This document shows, piece by piece, positions 13,101-26,765 of a stretch of DNA of 64,000 bases. The notes under the pieces were generated by a model. The model had not been told where the DNA came from. It ran no database searches and worked only from the letters and a program-made list of their open reading frames with translations. The translations under genes were made by a program, and so were the position numbers. Numbering within the stretch: the stretch's first letter is position 1; every line of letters starts with the position of its first letter. The stretch comes from Trichoplax sp. H2 (Eukaryota). The stretch covers positions 1-64,000 of the forward strand of contig NOWV01000248.1 of the NCBI GenBank assembly GCA_003344405.1. Direction: 5' to 3'.

Positions 13101-16100
13101 GGATATCAGCTATAGCAATATGTCAATATTTATAGAAATTATTGGTTCAAGATCTTTACCCAATCTTAAAGTTTTGTTAGTATCACCATATTATTTAAGA
13201 ATGACAAAAGGGCAGGAGTATTTCTATACTTTTTGTCCGAATGATATTTGAATATGACAAAAAATTTGATTATATTCATTCGCAAAAGAATCAGATAAAA
13301 TCAGTTGGGTCAGATAGATCTATCAGCAATAAAACTATTATCGATTCTATCGCATTAGATTAATGTGTATTTTTATGCAGCGCTTTTTTAAGTTGTTAAA
13401 TATGTAGACTAATTTTTATATAAACGTTTATAACATCTAATTTTAAAAATCTCATTCGAGCTTTAGAAATATTGCTGGAAATCAAGTCGAAGTAATACCA
13501 TATATGATGAGGACTTCTTTGCTAGAAAATTTGAGATATTTGTATGATTTACATAGCCGAAATAGACTCAGTCAAACAAAAAGTTGATATATTGATACAA
13601 TTAGTGTTAATTTTGTTAATTGTCGAAATAAATTATAATAATTAGAGAGTTCATTAAGTATTTTATAGAATTCTGCGTCCTTAATTCTAGGGAACACGAC
13701 ATAAAATTTCAAAAATTTTAATACAGCTGCTGACGTAATAAAATAGCAAAATCTGATCGCTACTATGTTTTCGCGAGACTGTCAAGCTGCATTTAGATTT
13801 GCAACATGTGACTGTCTTTCTTTATTATTTTAGGAATATTTCTTACAATGAAATTGCAATGGAAAAAGCAGAAGGAGCATTAGTAGCTTCTTTAGCAAGC
13901 CATGCAGTATCGAAGACTAGTGCAAAAGGAGGACATGGCATATATACGAGTAATTACTATTCATTGTAAGTTACTTAGATTTCTACTTATAACTGTAGCA
14001 CTTATTAGAATTATATCACAGATATTGCTTTCAAGTGAAGAAATTTTTAATAAATGCATATTGGCTCAAGTATTTTTCAAGCTAAACATGAGTTTTGATT
14101 CTGGAATGGAGTGAATTGACATTATTGGTATACAATTAGTATTGATACCGAAATGAGAAATTTTAATGTCAGTATCTTCATATGCAGCGATTTCTCAGGG
14201 TTAAACTGGGGAGTAGTGCCAAAGTTTATTAAGTTCTTTCGGAATCATTTAGCAGAAATGTAAGTAAACTAATATATGAGAAGCTTCTTCAATATGAAAC
14301 GTAGTAAATTTCATCGTGTGACATGATCGCAAAGAGTAATCCTTTAATAAGCGTAGGTAGCATCGTATTCACAAAATATTACATAATATTAATGATCCCT
14401 ATGTTTCACATTTAAATATTATTCGCGGCTGGATCCATAGTTACCTTGATGAAAATAATATTCAAAATTTTGATATTTCGAATTTATTTAAGAATTCTGA
14501 AGAGGCATTGGAGACGTTGTAAGTACAACTCTATTAAATGTTACTTACTTTTTACCACTCAATGAAAAAATTAGGTTGTTATTTCTGTATTCGAAGAGCA
14601 AACGTTACTATATATAGCATTAATTTACGTTATTTTGCTTTGAAGGTAGTATATATACATCTAGTTATCTGTAACTTTCAAATACGCTAACTAAATCTGA
14701 TTGGTGTAGTTATCTATATTTACGTGTATCTATTTCGATATGGTCTCAATACACTAATTCTATTAGTAGAACGTAGAAGAAGCATTAAAAACCTGATAAC
14801 TATTTGCACTTACTGAAGTGTATTAGTCATTATGGCTAGATATTTTACTAGCATTCAACTCCTGAATATATATGTAATTAAGCTTTATGTTCTTCTGATA
14901 AGGGCAGCATTTAAGGTAATTTTCTTAGCAAATTATATCTAATAAGGGAGAGTATATACTTTTGTAATACCACATAGTATTTAAGTGAATGAATGATTAA
15001 AGTATAGAAAGACTAGCTAGAATATTATAAGAAGGACCAAGCCTTGGTTTGAGACTATCTCTTTTTAATATCTATAAGCTCGCTTTTATGGCGACGTAAC
15101 AACTTTAGACTTTTAACTGCATACTTCTAGAGATTATTGTACCGAAGAAATCTAATAAATATTTTAAGCCTAGTGTTATTTAATTATGAAACATTAAAAC
15201 TGTTGCATAAAGCATCATTAATTAATGATTGTTACGATTACACCATGCTGTATACTGTATGGTGTTCTATATGCTTTGATAATTCATAATATTTTATTGT
15301 TAATTGCAGCGTTGTAAGGCATGTAAGTATCGTAGTTTCGATATTATGCTTATTTTAAAACATTAATAACATTAAAACTCTTATTAGTCCCCATACTGAG
15401 TACTGTAACGCTAATTGCTATAATATAACTGTTCAGTTTATTTTTTAAATTTAGTTTAATTATAATACTGGTAAACTACATTGACGTACCTAGTTTATAA
15501 GATTTATTTCATATAAAATCTACTTAGAGATGAGAGGCTCCTACTTAAATATTGGGTGATTGTAGCCTGAATAATTAACATTAATTTTATATTAGAAATT
15601 GATTTGAAGAATTAGAATGTTTTCTAAACAAAAAGAATATTTAACTTGCATTTATTGATAATTTGCACAGATCTATAAGCCACAACAAAATTAAGCATGT
15701 TTCTAACACTCGGGCTATCGTTCTTTCCAAATTGCAAACATTGTAAGTTGACTTTCTAATAAAGCTAAGGAAGATAATATAAATATTCATATTTCCTAAG
15801 TCAAATAAGTTATTCTTAAGACTTTTAAGTACTATAACAGTTTCTTAAAATAACCTAATTTTCTTGTGTTAAGCAGAAACTTAGCTTATAACTTAATTTC
15901 AACGCCTTGCAACGGGGGATTTGCAAGTATCGCTAGAAGCCTAAAGCGACTGTAATTACATTTAGCAAATAATTTGTATCTGTATTCATATAAATACTGC
16001 ATGCTGTAGATCATAACTTTAAATTGAACAAATTATTGAACCTACGAATAGTTTGAAAATGTATTACTGTGAATAATTAATTTAGGTAAAGCGTTTGTTA

Positions 16101-18362
16101 AACTACTCTACGTGGATAGCACATGATCATTTGAAATTGTTTTATGACATATTTGTAATCATTACTAAAAGTTAAAGAAATAAACAGATATTTATTGTTA
16201 GTTAAGTCAGATTAAGGTAACCTATATGATAACAACTAGCATGATATTGCATTACTATGAAATCTAATACCGGCAATTAATCGGTAGTTTAGGAGTATCG
16301 TTAGCTATAAGGAGATTTACACTTAGCACTGGTTTAATTCGGGTTATAAATTCATAGATAGTTTAATTCTAATTTTAAAGTCTGGTAACTTTAGTTTTGC
16401 GGTTTATAATTTAATAATAGTGATCAAATTTTTTACCTGAAAAATTTAAGTTGATTGCAAAGATATTTGAGATGTAGGTAGATGTCATTCACTAATAATA
16501 TTAAAATTTATAAGACCTTAATGCAATGATACTTATCGAATCTTTCATATCGTTATTCACATGCTCTGCTATTGATAAGGAGCTACTTGAGGAACGAGTA
16601 ACCTTGATATTACTAATACCTCATTTTATTATATTGGTAGGGATCTGAATACAAATCAAATCGATATTTTACCTTCCGCCTGCATGGAAGCCTACGAAAA
16701 CTTAGAGTTTCTGTAATTCGTACCTGTATATTCTTAACCATAGATTTTAATGATTATATCAGTGCCTGACCTAGTTATAAAAATATATGTAATGAATCAG
16801 AATTTACGATTACAACGTTTGCGGGTAGTGTACTGTTAAACTGAAGAAATGGTAGTGTGTAAGTAATTTATCTCAGTTATTCTTATAATGCAGAGACCTA
16901 ACAAACAATCCGTTGAGCATTATTTCATCTTCGCCTTTTGCAGGAGCCCAAAGTCTCCTTTCTATGTGAGTACTGTATGTGTTTATTTTAAGAAAATACT
17001 CGCGTAGTGTAACCTAGTGTTCAATTCGTAAGAATACGCTTTCATTTACGCTTACTTTACGGTTTGCTTGAAATCAAATTATAAAATTCAACTTTATACT
17101 ACATACTAGCTTTGCGATATATAAAACATTAATTAATTGTAAATGGGTCGATTTGCAGTTATTCAAGCCAGGAGTATTTGTGTTGCACGGCACCTTCTAC
17201 TGTAACCTCTTGCACTCCTCGCCGGCTAGACACTGGCTTTACCACTTGTAATGCGTTATTGGCACATTTATCGTTACAGCTCTACGTTTGGATTATAGGA
17301 TGTGTCGCTTTTGCAGGAAATATAGTTGCATTTATTATTCAATTAAGAGAACAAAAATGCAAAAAGAATAAAGTTCCATCATTTTTGATTGCTAATTTAG
17401 CTGTAGCTGATTTTTTAATATCAATATACTTATTGATTATCGCTGCTTCTGATCGATCTGAAAACGGGTATTTTTATCAAAAAGCAGAAGCTTTTTTTAA
17501 AAGCTGGCGTTGCTTACTTGCCTGCTACATTTGCTGCTCTGCCAGTCTAATGTCAGTGTTTATGATGTTATTAATAAGCATTGATAGGCTCATTTGTATT
17601 GTACTCCCATTCTCTGAACGGAAATTAAATATTAAAAATGCATGGTATGCCATTATAACCTTCTGGACCTTTAGCATATTATGGGTTGGTATTCCAATTT
17701 ATTTTAGCATCGGCCAAAATAGGTATAATCGTTTACATGGTGATAGCAGCGTTTGTATGGCAAGTAATATGCAAAATATTTATTATAAGACATGGATTGG
17801 ATTGTACGCATTACTAACTTTCATTTGCTGGATCACAGTTTGTGTCTTGCACTATTTGATGTATTTAAGTGTTCGACGAAGTAATCGAAATGTGAGAAAG
17901 TCCTCTACTACTAAAGATAGAAAAATTGCATTACGATTGTTACTCATTTTAATTACGGATTTAATTTCATGGATTCCTTTTTATGTGATTTGCTTGCGAG
18001 TATGGTTTGATAACAAAGCGATTGATATTATATCGTTACAATTTATGACAATTTTCTTTTTACCGATTAACTCAGCGATTAATCCTTGCTTATATACTCT
18101 TTCAAGTCCTGCAGTAGTAGTTAAATTACGGTCTTTTGCAAGGTGGTCAAGGACAATTGTGCAAATAGGATCATGTAGAAAATTAGCTAATGGCACTCCA
18201 ACTTTCAATTTGAGCCGAAGCAAGTCCAAAGTCAAACCTAAAGAACCTGTGCATGTACAAACAATAGATAGTCAAGATATGCAAAAGAATACGGGTGAAC
18301 ATCAAGATTCTGAAGTCAATTATGCTGCTGTTGCTCAAGCTGAAATCTTACTTCAGCCATGA
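1167..18362 (+). CDS. LRR-containing GPCR (LGR-like) gene 1, 5'-partial, multi-exon
   Basis: 36 AG..GT-bounded phase-2 exons each translate to one LRR: 1167-1238, 1446-1514, 1599-1667, 1752-1823, 1942-2013, 2083-2154, 2877-2948, 3111-3182, 3287-3358, 4637-4708, 5693-5764, 7381-7452, 7541-7606, 7738-7806, 7970-8035, 8803-8874, 9994-10074, 10441-10509, 10652-10717, 10873-10944, 11193-11264, 11425-11496, 11611-11682, 11747-11818, 11912-11983, 12098-12169, 12285-12362, 13101-13175, 13467-13541, 13834-13965, 14188-14259, 14441-14518, 15671-15742, 15877-15951, 16641-16712, 16894-16965. Examples: DLSHNAINALPSSLFQNNLKLKL, DISFNPLTYLPNGIFDGLTSLFK. The terminal 7TM exon is 17159-18362. No signal peptide or LRRNT in the window. 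Confidence 0.9.
3774..4366. mobile_element. Solo LTR (single copy in window)
   Basis: TGTCACA...CCGTAACA termini with 5-bp TSD AGTTA on both sides. Confidence 0.75.
6485..7189. mobile_element. Solo LTR family C
   Basis: TG...CA termini, TSD GCAGC, second copy at 40522-41250. Confidence 0.82.
9482..9915 (+). mobile_element. Solo LTR family A
   Basis: TGCCACGG...TTTGTGACA, TSD ATTAT. Confidence 0.9.
12439..12890 (+). mobile_element. Solo LTR family A
   Basis: TGTCACGG...TTTGTGACA, TSD CCCAT. Confidence 0.9.
17159..18362 (+). CDS. Terminal exon of gene 1: hinge plus rhodopsin-class 7TM domain (RXFP/GRL101-like)
   Basis: Acceptor tttgcag, then YSSQEYLCCTAP hinge; FLIANLAVADF (TM2), SIDRL (DRY-like), ILITDLISWIP (TM6), LPINSAINPCLYT (TM7 NPxxY). 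Matches the 394-aa ORF, whose TTG 'start' is an internal Leu codon. Confidence 0.93.
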
Positions 18363-21300
18363 GCTAATTAGATCTAGACTTAAAAAATTCTGCTTCGCAA
18401 TAGGTGATAAGTCGAACAATATTACTATTGCTTTTTGCTGCGATGTTGGTTAAGCATAAAAATAGCTTATTCTTTTAATTGGCAGTTACAAATCAATATT
18501 TTTCGGCGATAAAGATCGAAATTATTACAACGAAACTAATACTATAAATCTTCTTTCAGGTTTGTTCTCCTAGATATTTAGCTTTAGCATAACTCTATGT
18601 GCTGACGATCTTCTCATCGTCAGGAGGAACAGTAACCACGAGTGTGTTGTAGATAAAACTAAACCCAAACTTTATTAATTACAAAGACAGTTAATTTATA
18701 GTAAAATCAATATAAACATAAATTATAACTTCATGAGATATTATTATGAAACTACGCAATTATCTCGTATAAAATTATGTAAGATGTCATAGATAAATTA
18801 TATATATATGTTATGTTATACATATATGATTATTATCAATTTATGTACATTCCTAGGTAAGTTATCTCACATTAGTACTACAGCAGCTATGCAGAAGTTT
18901 CTCCATAATATTGGCATAATAAAACATGTTGAGTGGGAATGCTAAGTATAATTAATGCTTGCTGAATATTTGAAATAGGTTATTGTGCCGATTGCTATTG
19001 ATCGTAATCATTAGTTAAACGATTAAGATTTTGATTCATAGAAATTAAATTAGACATAAATCTGGCTTAAATTAAAACTGTGTATGGATAATTAGTTAAA
19101 AATATCTTCTAGTAAAGTAACTAAATGAAGATAGTATTACATAAGATATATTTCCTAGTATAATATGGTGACACGTTTGGAGCTTACATGTTCAGTGGTT
19201 CCTATACGAACAGAAACAGTAGAAGTACTTATATTCTGTCTGTAGAATATAAACTGTGAAAATTCTAGAGTGTTAATCGCATCAATATCGCTATATAATT
19301 TTGCATTATAGGAGCTACTAATGGGCAAAAATCGAAGAGTGATGAATTTTGCTTTTGTAATTACTTAGACATTATTATAAAAATTTAGCAATCCTATGGT
19401 AGACATAAACTTTCCAGTGGCACGAAAAATTACAGTCAATAAAAAGATTAATCTTCAAGTAATCTAATTGTGTTTATTTGATGAAATTATTCGATTTATC
19501 TCTAAAGTTGAGTTAACTGCTTGCTCTTAAGCTTCGCATCAACATCCATATTCTACGGCTTAAAAATCAAAATATTCATCGTAGTGGTAGTCAGGTACCA
19601 GTTTAGACGCGGCGAGAATAAGAAACTTGAAATGGCTTGCATATTATCACTTTACTATTTTTGATGTTTTGTAATTAAATGTAGTTTTACGTAGCCATTA
19701 AAATTATAGGAAAGAACCTACTTATACTTTATGTCTAATTATCCTTGTCTTAAGTTTTAAGGCTAATAAATTTTATAACCTTATAATAATATTTCTTTAA
19801 AGTATTTTAAGTTTCGTCCTGCTTCATTTTTATATTTTTATGCTATATGATTTTTGGAGCAACCTTACATAAAAATTAAGAGTTTTTGAATTTACCGTAG
19901 TAGTCCAATCACAATATTTTCACTTTATGAGCAGTAAAGTACAACTTAATGCATTTTACAGCAGATTTAGAATCTTTGACGCTAATGTTGGGAATAGTAA
20001 AGTTTTAGACTCCATATCCTTTTCCATCCATATATTAGAAATAATAGACAATGCAGCATTATGTCTACTATCAAATGCACTTAACATATCGATGGACTTC
20101 TAAAAAAATGTGATAGAAGTAATTTAAGAAAATTACTAAGAATGAGAAAGCCCTTTCATCTCTAATGATGCATATAGTGATCATTTATATCCGGTATCAG
20201 TTCTATTGGCCATCGGGAAGACTCAAGAAAAGGAAAATAGAGCTGAAATTAAACAATTACATTAACAATGAGAAATAAATAATATACTCTCGGAAAAAGT
20301 AAATATTGGAAGTATATGGTAGACTACGGTAAGTAGAGTTTATATATATTACTTACTATTTTTATTAAATAAAATTAATGCATACAGTGCTTAATGTCTT
20401 ATGCATAGCTTCGACTTAAGGATCAGAATGACTACAATCTGCTTATTGCAATACGTTAAGAGACTAGGTGTATTAGTCTGCAAACTACTATAGTAATTAT
20501 CAAAACTACATTATATATAGTTTAGCCTAGCCTAGTTACTGACTGCATAATCTGTCTTCATACAATATCCATTCTGATAATCTAAAGTACACCTTATGCC
20601 TGCCAATAATACAGGAATATCAGCTTTGTTAAAAGAAATTAATACGTAAGTGTTACGCAGTAACTTTTACGTAGCTGTCGTAACATAAATTCCATGAGAT
20701 AATTTATCTAGGAATGTATTTACATGCCGTTATCTGTGACTTTTTACATATTTTTAATAGATCGTTGCATGGCTTTGTAATATTATCTATAAACTAATAA
20801 TTAATGTTTATATCGATTTACTGTAAATTGACCAACTTTTTGCCACGAAAGTAATCTTCGTGACGTATACTTTATTTCTGTGTTACGCTCTATATATGTT
20901 TATATCTCAGAAATGTTTTACGATCTCCTTAATTGTAATTTTAGTGGTGAACAGTTGACATCCTTAATTTAGGATTACATAGACTAAAATAGTAATTGCC
21001 AACTAGATAAACTGGATTGTATCTATCATCTGCAAGGTTGTTAGGGTTCAAAGTACAATTGCTAAGCTTAAAGAAAATTTCTCAGAAGGATAGCTTAATA
21101 AGTATCTGTTAAACCATTATCAAGTTTGATTATTTAAACACTGATACAGTAAATTTAACAGGATTAAATCAGACTGTATCTAATTTGTATAGATAGAATC
21201 TCTTTAGAGTATTAATTTGGTCAACTTCTAATAGACGAGGTGACTTGTGTAGCCAAACCGCTTTCGGGTACCGAAACCGATTTAAGCGGCGTGTTCGCCG

Positions 21301-21899
21301 ATAATAAATCAGGTTATGATTTTCTAGTAAGTTTTGAAGGTCTGGCTGTGTTGAACTCTATCTATTTTGGAATACCAATTGACTAATATTCCGAATAACA
21401 GTAGTATAGGATAGGAATTGCTCTCTTAATCCTTGTTGTAAGTTAGCGCTATTTCTAGCTCGTAACACAGATATAGCTACAATATTAATGAGATGAAATG
21501 TTTATCATCAATAATCTTATGGAAATGGAATAAATTTTCGCCGAGATAAATTGAATACGATTGATGACGAAAATGGATTAAAATAATCACCCTGAAGATC
21601 AGTTGCAAGTTCATTAACAAACAAAACGAGTTTTTCTCAACTGCTTTCATATATTTTTTTAATGGTGCTGTTTTTAAAACAGGTCATGTTTATACTAATG
21701 TAGCTATAATGCCGTCATTTATTTTTGTTAATCAACTTTTACATATAACTGCAATTTTTTTTAGTGCTTTACTCAGTTGCACTGTAAAAGGAAACTATAA
21801 AGATATCACCAAATTCATACTAAGTTTGGAATAGAAAAGTCGTAAATGATAAAATAAAGGGGAAGATTTTGTAAAATTACGCAGATATTTGATATATAC

Positions 21900-22241
21900 T
21901 GTAGTGCCTCGTAAATTTTAAGATTCCTTCAGTATTAACTAGCTAGGTAATATTCTAGTTATAAGTCTTAAGTACTGTAGAAAGTAAAAGTAATCTGTAT
22001 GATGATTCTACAGTTCTAACTATCAGGATAATTATCCAGTTTATCTTGACCGGGTATCGTTTCCGGGTTCGATTGATTTTCAAGTAAGGAATTGCTATAT
22101 AGAGAGTAGAGACTGCTAGATATATGATTTGTATGGAATTGCGATTGATTGAAAATTGGCTAACTCTGATTTTCCGGTTTATCTCGGCCACTTTCGACTG
22201 TACTTATAAGGGAGGAAAAGTGACTTACAATGGACCTCACA
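21900..22241. repeat. Dispersed repeat, partial second copy at ~46958-47030
   Basis: Shared cgtaaattttaagattc(c/g)ttcagtattaa...gtaata(t/c)tctagt. No TSD found; boundaries approximate. Confidence 0.5.
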
Positions 22242-23401
22242 GAAAGTGATTTGCATAGTGGTTTAATAAACCTTTTGAATTTGAAGGCTTTATCTATATC
22301 GGCTATTCTTATTATGAGATAAGGTAGTGTTTTGCTAATTCTAGCAAAATGATCAAGTATAAGTGAAGTGAAGTAAGAGAGATCTTACATTCACTTTATA
22401 GTATCATCAGAAACGACGTAAATTGATGAATGCCTCCTGAACAAGAACAGCTTTTATTATTTGGAGAAAGTAAGACAAATATGATGGAGGAATTACTTTA
22501 CAATTCGGAGTAGTCCATTTAAAAGAAGAAAGACTTTATGTATTAGTATCATCATTATAAATTAAATATCTAATTTCTATCTAAAGCCACGTAATATTGT
22601 TTGATCATGCTAATGCACTTTTATTAATAAGTATCGTATAATGACTTCGCTAATTATTACTCTCTTACAATTTTAGTAGATAGAGCAGCACTAACATAGT
22701 TTTTAAAATGAGGACCGAAATAATATATTTTTTTTCTAAACCGCCTGCAGAATTTTGGTATTTTTTTGAAGCTACTGATATCAATATTTTGAGCCTCTCA
22801 AATAAATAATAGACACTATGTTGATCCTAGAATATGAAGTGAAGTACTGACAGAGGTGTTTAATAAAAAATAATTCTTGGATCGAAGCAAGTCTTCAACA
22901 ATGACGTTAAATTGTTACATTAGCAGTACTGGAAGTTATTACAATATTGTTCAATCAGCTTATTATATGCATAAATTTCATAATTTTGCCCTACCTGTAG
23001 TTTAAATATCTTTTAATAGCCATTAAAGTAATGATATCTGTGCAAAGTAAGGTTAAAAGTGATTAGATGATATTTTTAATTCTTTAGTACTGTACTCTAC
23101 CGATTAAAAGATAGAAAAAATTCTAGATTTTTCCTTTAATATTCTACTGTTATTACACGTGTTAGTTATCATATATCATAGCATAGAGTATGTCGTCATT
23201 GCAGTATCAATGTTTACGAAACACTTTATTTTCTCATATGTCATTGGATACGTTTAGACTTAGAATACGTTAAGGTTAAAATTTTGCATAGCTAGAAAAT
23301 GACTCTAATTTAAGATTTCACGATTTTATTTAAAGTGATCTAAATAATTAGCACTAATCGAAATTTTGTAGCAATCTATTCTATCTATATCTATGTCTGA
23401 A

Positions 23402-23840
23402 TGTCACGGTACGAACTACCGTGAAGAAATAGATATCTAAATTTGGTTAATATAATATAGTAGTGATATTATATTACAACTAGTTACTTACAATAGGAAT
23501 TACTCTAATTGTAAATGTATTTCAGTAAATTTAATGCTGTGCTGTAATGTGCACTGAAATGATTCTGTGAATGGACATATTGTAGTCCGACTGTGAAGAA
23601 TTGGTTAGGTAGATGTTCTCACCTAAGTATGTTTATAAGATAACTCGTGAATGTTAGCTGCTGTAGAAGGGTATATAAGCCCTCAGATAGTTGAATAAAG
23701 TAGTTCTCAATTGTCTAGTTGAGTTTAACGTAGAATCAAAGGCGTCTAAATTCTTGTGAGTAGGGATACTGAATCCCGGAGACTATAGTAATTTAGAGAT
23801 TTGTTTTACGTTATCCTTGTCACGAAGCCGGTTTGTGATA
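23402..23840 (+). mobile_element. Solo LTR family A
   Basis: TGTCACGG...TTTGTGATA, TSD CTGAA. Confidence 0.9.
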
Positions 23841-26689
23841 CTGAAATAATAAGCAATAAGTTCTTTAAAACTTTTTAGCGTTAATCAATTTTCATTGCTA
23901 CCCTAACTTAGAAGATGAATAACAGAAAACTTATTTGTTTAGAGTAGTAGACAAATCTGTTCGATATACTTTTAACCAAATTGTATTATTCGCAATTGAG
24001 ATCATTAGCATATCATAATTAGTGGTTGGATATAAACAAAATATAATGATGGGCACTATCGAATCATTGCTCCTGATGGTTTAGCCTGAATCATTTATGT
24101 GTAAGACCAATTATTAAAAGTGCTATCGATTTAGTTAAGCTCTTGTTATCTGCAACATATTTTAAACATACTTTCATAAACACAGTCCACATTAAGTCCA
24201 GGTAGGTTGATTAATAACCGTGATAGATTTTAATGAAGCAAAATAGTAACTGGACATTTATTATCCCATTTCCCCCGTAAAAATTTCTAAATAAGTAAGA
24301 GAAAAAGAGATGGACAATTTTCCCGTTTAAAGTGATTATACTATAATTTATACCGTTCCCTCACAGTTATACAATTATTATATGTTCATACTGTACAGGA
24401 TTTTTTACTGAAGCACAGTTTACCAAATTGGGTACAGGCATTAATGCTCGTATGTATGTGGTTCATTAACATTTTGAAAATTTTGAAAAAGTCGTCGGCA
24501 ATTATTACTCGATTACGATCAGTGTAAAAGATTATTGACAAATCATAAACTTTCTCTTCTTGTATATAAATTGTAATAAATTCTAACAAATTCTAAAAAT
24601 AGTTGAAACTTTTAACGAAAATACATAATGCTAACAGAAACGCTATTTAGAATGTTTGAAAATAAAATTCTATTCTAATTTGACTGTGCAACAAAGATTA
24701 CAACAGTCAAGGCTAATTACTTTTTATCCACTTTCTTTTTAAGATTTTGAAGGTATAAAAGACTTTATGTCTTAATTGAAGAAGTTAAAATCGGAAGTAT
24801 TATTTTACCTTATTCTACGAAATCGTATTTGCTTCATGCTATCAATACGACGAAAACGTATTTGCGACAAAATATTGCCCATTAAACCATGACTGCCGTG
24901 ATCTAATTAATTATTAATGGCATCATTTGAAGTAAAGACTGAATCTCATTAAGCTTTTCTACGTAACAAATCATAATAATAATGCAAGTAAGCACATCCA
25001 GTAAATGAAAGAATAGATGAATAATATCTCTACGGTATCGTAGAATACTTCTATTTAGTAGCAACTAAAATTTCTTGCAGGGTATATAAACTAAGGTCAG
25101 GTAAGTGGCATAAATCTATAAATTAGTCGATAATTGGTGCCCAGTATCAGTTGTTATTTTAACCAACTCAATAATTAAAACAGATCATTTTTTGATGATA
25201 ACTTAATTAATGACTATTGTGCCTTTATTGTACGAAATATTAAGAAAATTTTTCACAATTCTTGCAAATTAGCACATAGAATAAAATCTTTTCGACATAA
25301 TTTTAATATGTAGTCTAGAAAAGAAGTAATTTATTAACTAGTTTACTACTCCAAGACTAGTTAATTTATAAATTGATTACATCTATCGTAAATTATCCTT
25401 AGGTAGTATGTAATGGCTTTACCCATTCTATGAATTCGATAATAAGAAACGTCTATTTTGCTTACAGAAAAAAATTTATTTCTGACAATGATTGCCCTTC
25501 CTGTCTAATTAATTAATGGTATTTTGTTTTATTTCTTGATCTTTAGTCCCACCATTGATGAAAATATGGTAAAGTAATATTAAGATAAGGTTCGTCGAAC
25601 CTGATTTAATCCAAAACTGTTCAATATTTTAGCAGATATTGAGAAACAATTTTAATTAAAATCATATGGAATTTGCTTTTCTATGAGCAATATTGAACCT
25701 TAACAAAGGCAGCCTTCCGTCTTACATTTAAGGCATGGCCCTTCAATCAATTGTCTTTTGATGTATAACATTAAAATTAAAGTCATATTGACGCTAGATA
25801 TCGATACTCATTAATAAAATTTTCATTATTTTAAGAGTTGCAAGACAAATTTAACGCTATATGAAACTTTCCAACCAGGTAAAAATTTAATTCTCGTTCT
25901 CTCCTTCTTTGATGGGTGTATGCTGCTAAAAGCATTCTTTTCATTTCGTTAATATTGTAAAATTAGCGAAGGCGAAATTATTGTTAGAGTGGCAATAGAA
26001 TCTTACAATAGCTACTATAGTACTGTAGAAACTAATTTCAATTATTCATTCCTCTCTGTCATAGCTAATTTTAACTAGCAGGTTCAACTTTATTTTACTG
26101 ATCTTGATGAACTAGTAAATCACAACAGATTGATCTACAGATATTGGATAGGGCTTACATAAAAAAGCTAATTTTCTTTCTTATTAACTTAATATCAGTT
26201 ATCACTCATTTAATGCTTTATAGGTAAGGTAGGCTATAAATAAAGTATTAATAAGTGCTATGTATTGACCTGATGAAGTTGCAGTGATCGCCTTGGTGTT
26301 ATTTGAAAAGTTATTTTTAAATTCACATTTAATAGTAAAGCTATTGATCTCACGTTAACCTCGAAAAGGTAATGTATGAAAAGCTCTTGATTTATTATTA
26401 GATATCGAATAACTAATGAGTTCATTTCAATAGCTTCTTGTCTTCGTTATTACCTGCACTAGACAACGATTTCTGTCAATAAGTAATTAAAATAAATAAT
26501 ACATGAAACTAGATAATTTGTGATCTATAAGTGGTGTCTTAATTGTTTATTACAGACTTTCTTCGAATTACGATAAAGAATCAAAATATATTTCATTATT
26601 TGATAGGAGCACCAGGAACCATTGAATTTTATTGGAAAATTTAAGTGGATAATATTTTCATCAACTTTAGAAGTAGCGCAATAGAAGAA

Positions 26690-26765
26690 ATGGTGTTTAA
26701 GCAATGCATGATCATACAGCTATTCAGAAAACTTCTCCTAATTTTCATGCTTCTACATTGCTTAG
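26690..26765 (+). CDS. Putative first coding exon (signal peptide) of gene 2
   Basis: ATG...MVFKQCMIIQLFRKLLLIFMLLHCL-G then a gttagt donor in phase 1, matching the phase-1 acceptor of the LRRNT exon at 30114, which has no in-frame Met of its own. Confidence 0.7.

Noticed and set aside
13285..13365. LRR-like string NQIKSVGSDRSISNKTIIDSIALD
   Set aside because: Ends in an in-frame stop, has no phase-compatible splice pair, and gene 2 has no exon at the equivalent position.
17981..18235. Antisense ORF over the gene 1 7TM exon (also off-frame ORF 58738-58950)
   Set aside because: Shadow ORFs of a coding exon with no independent evidence.
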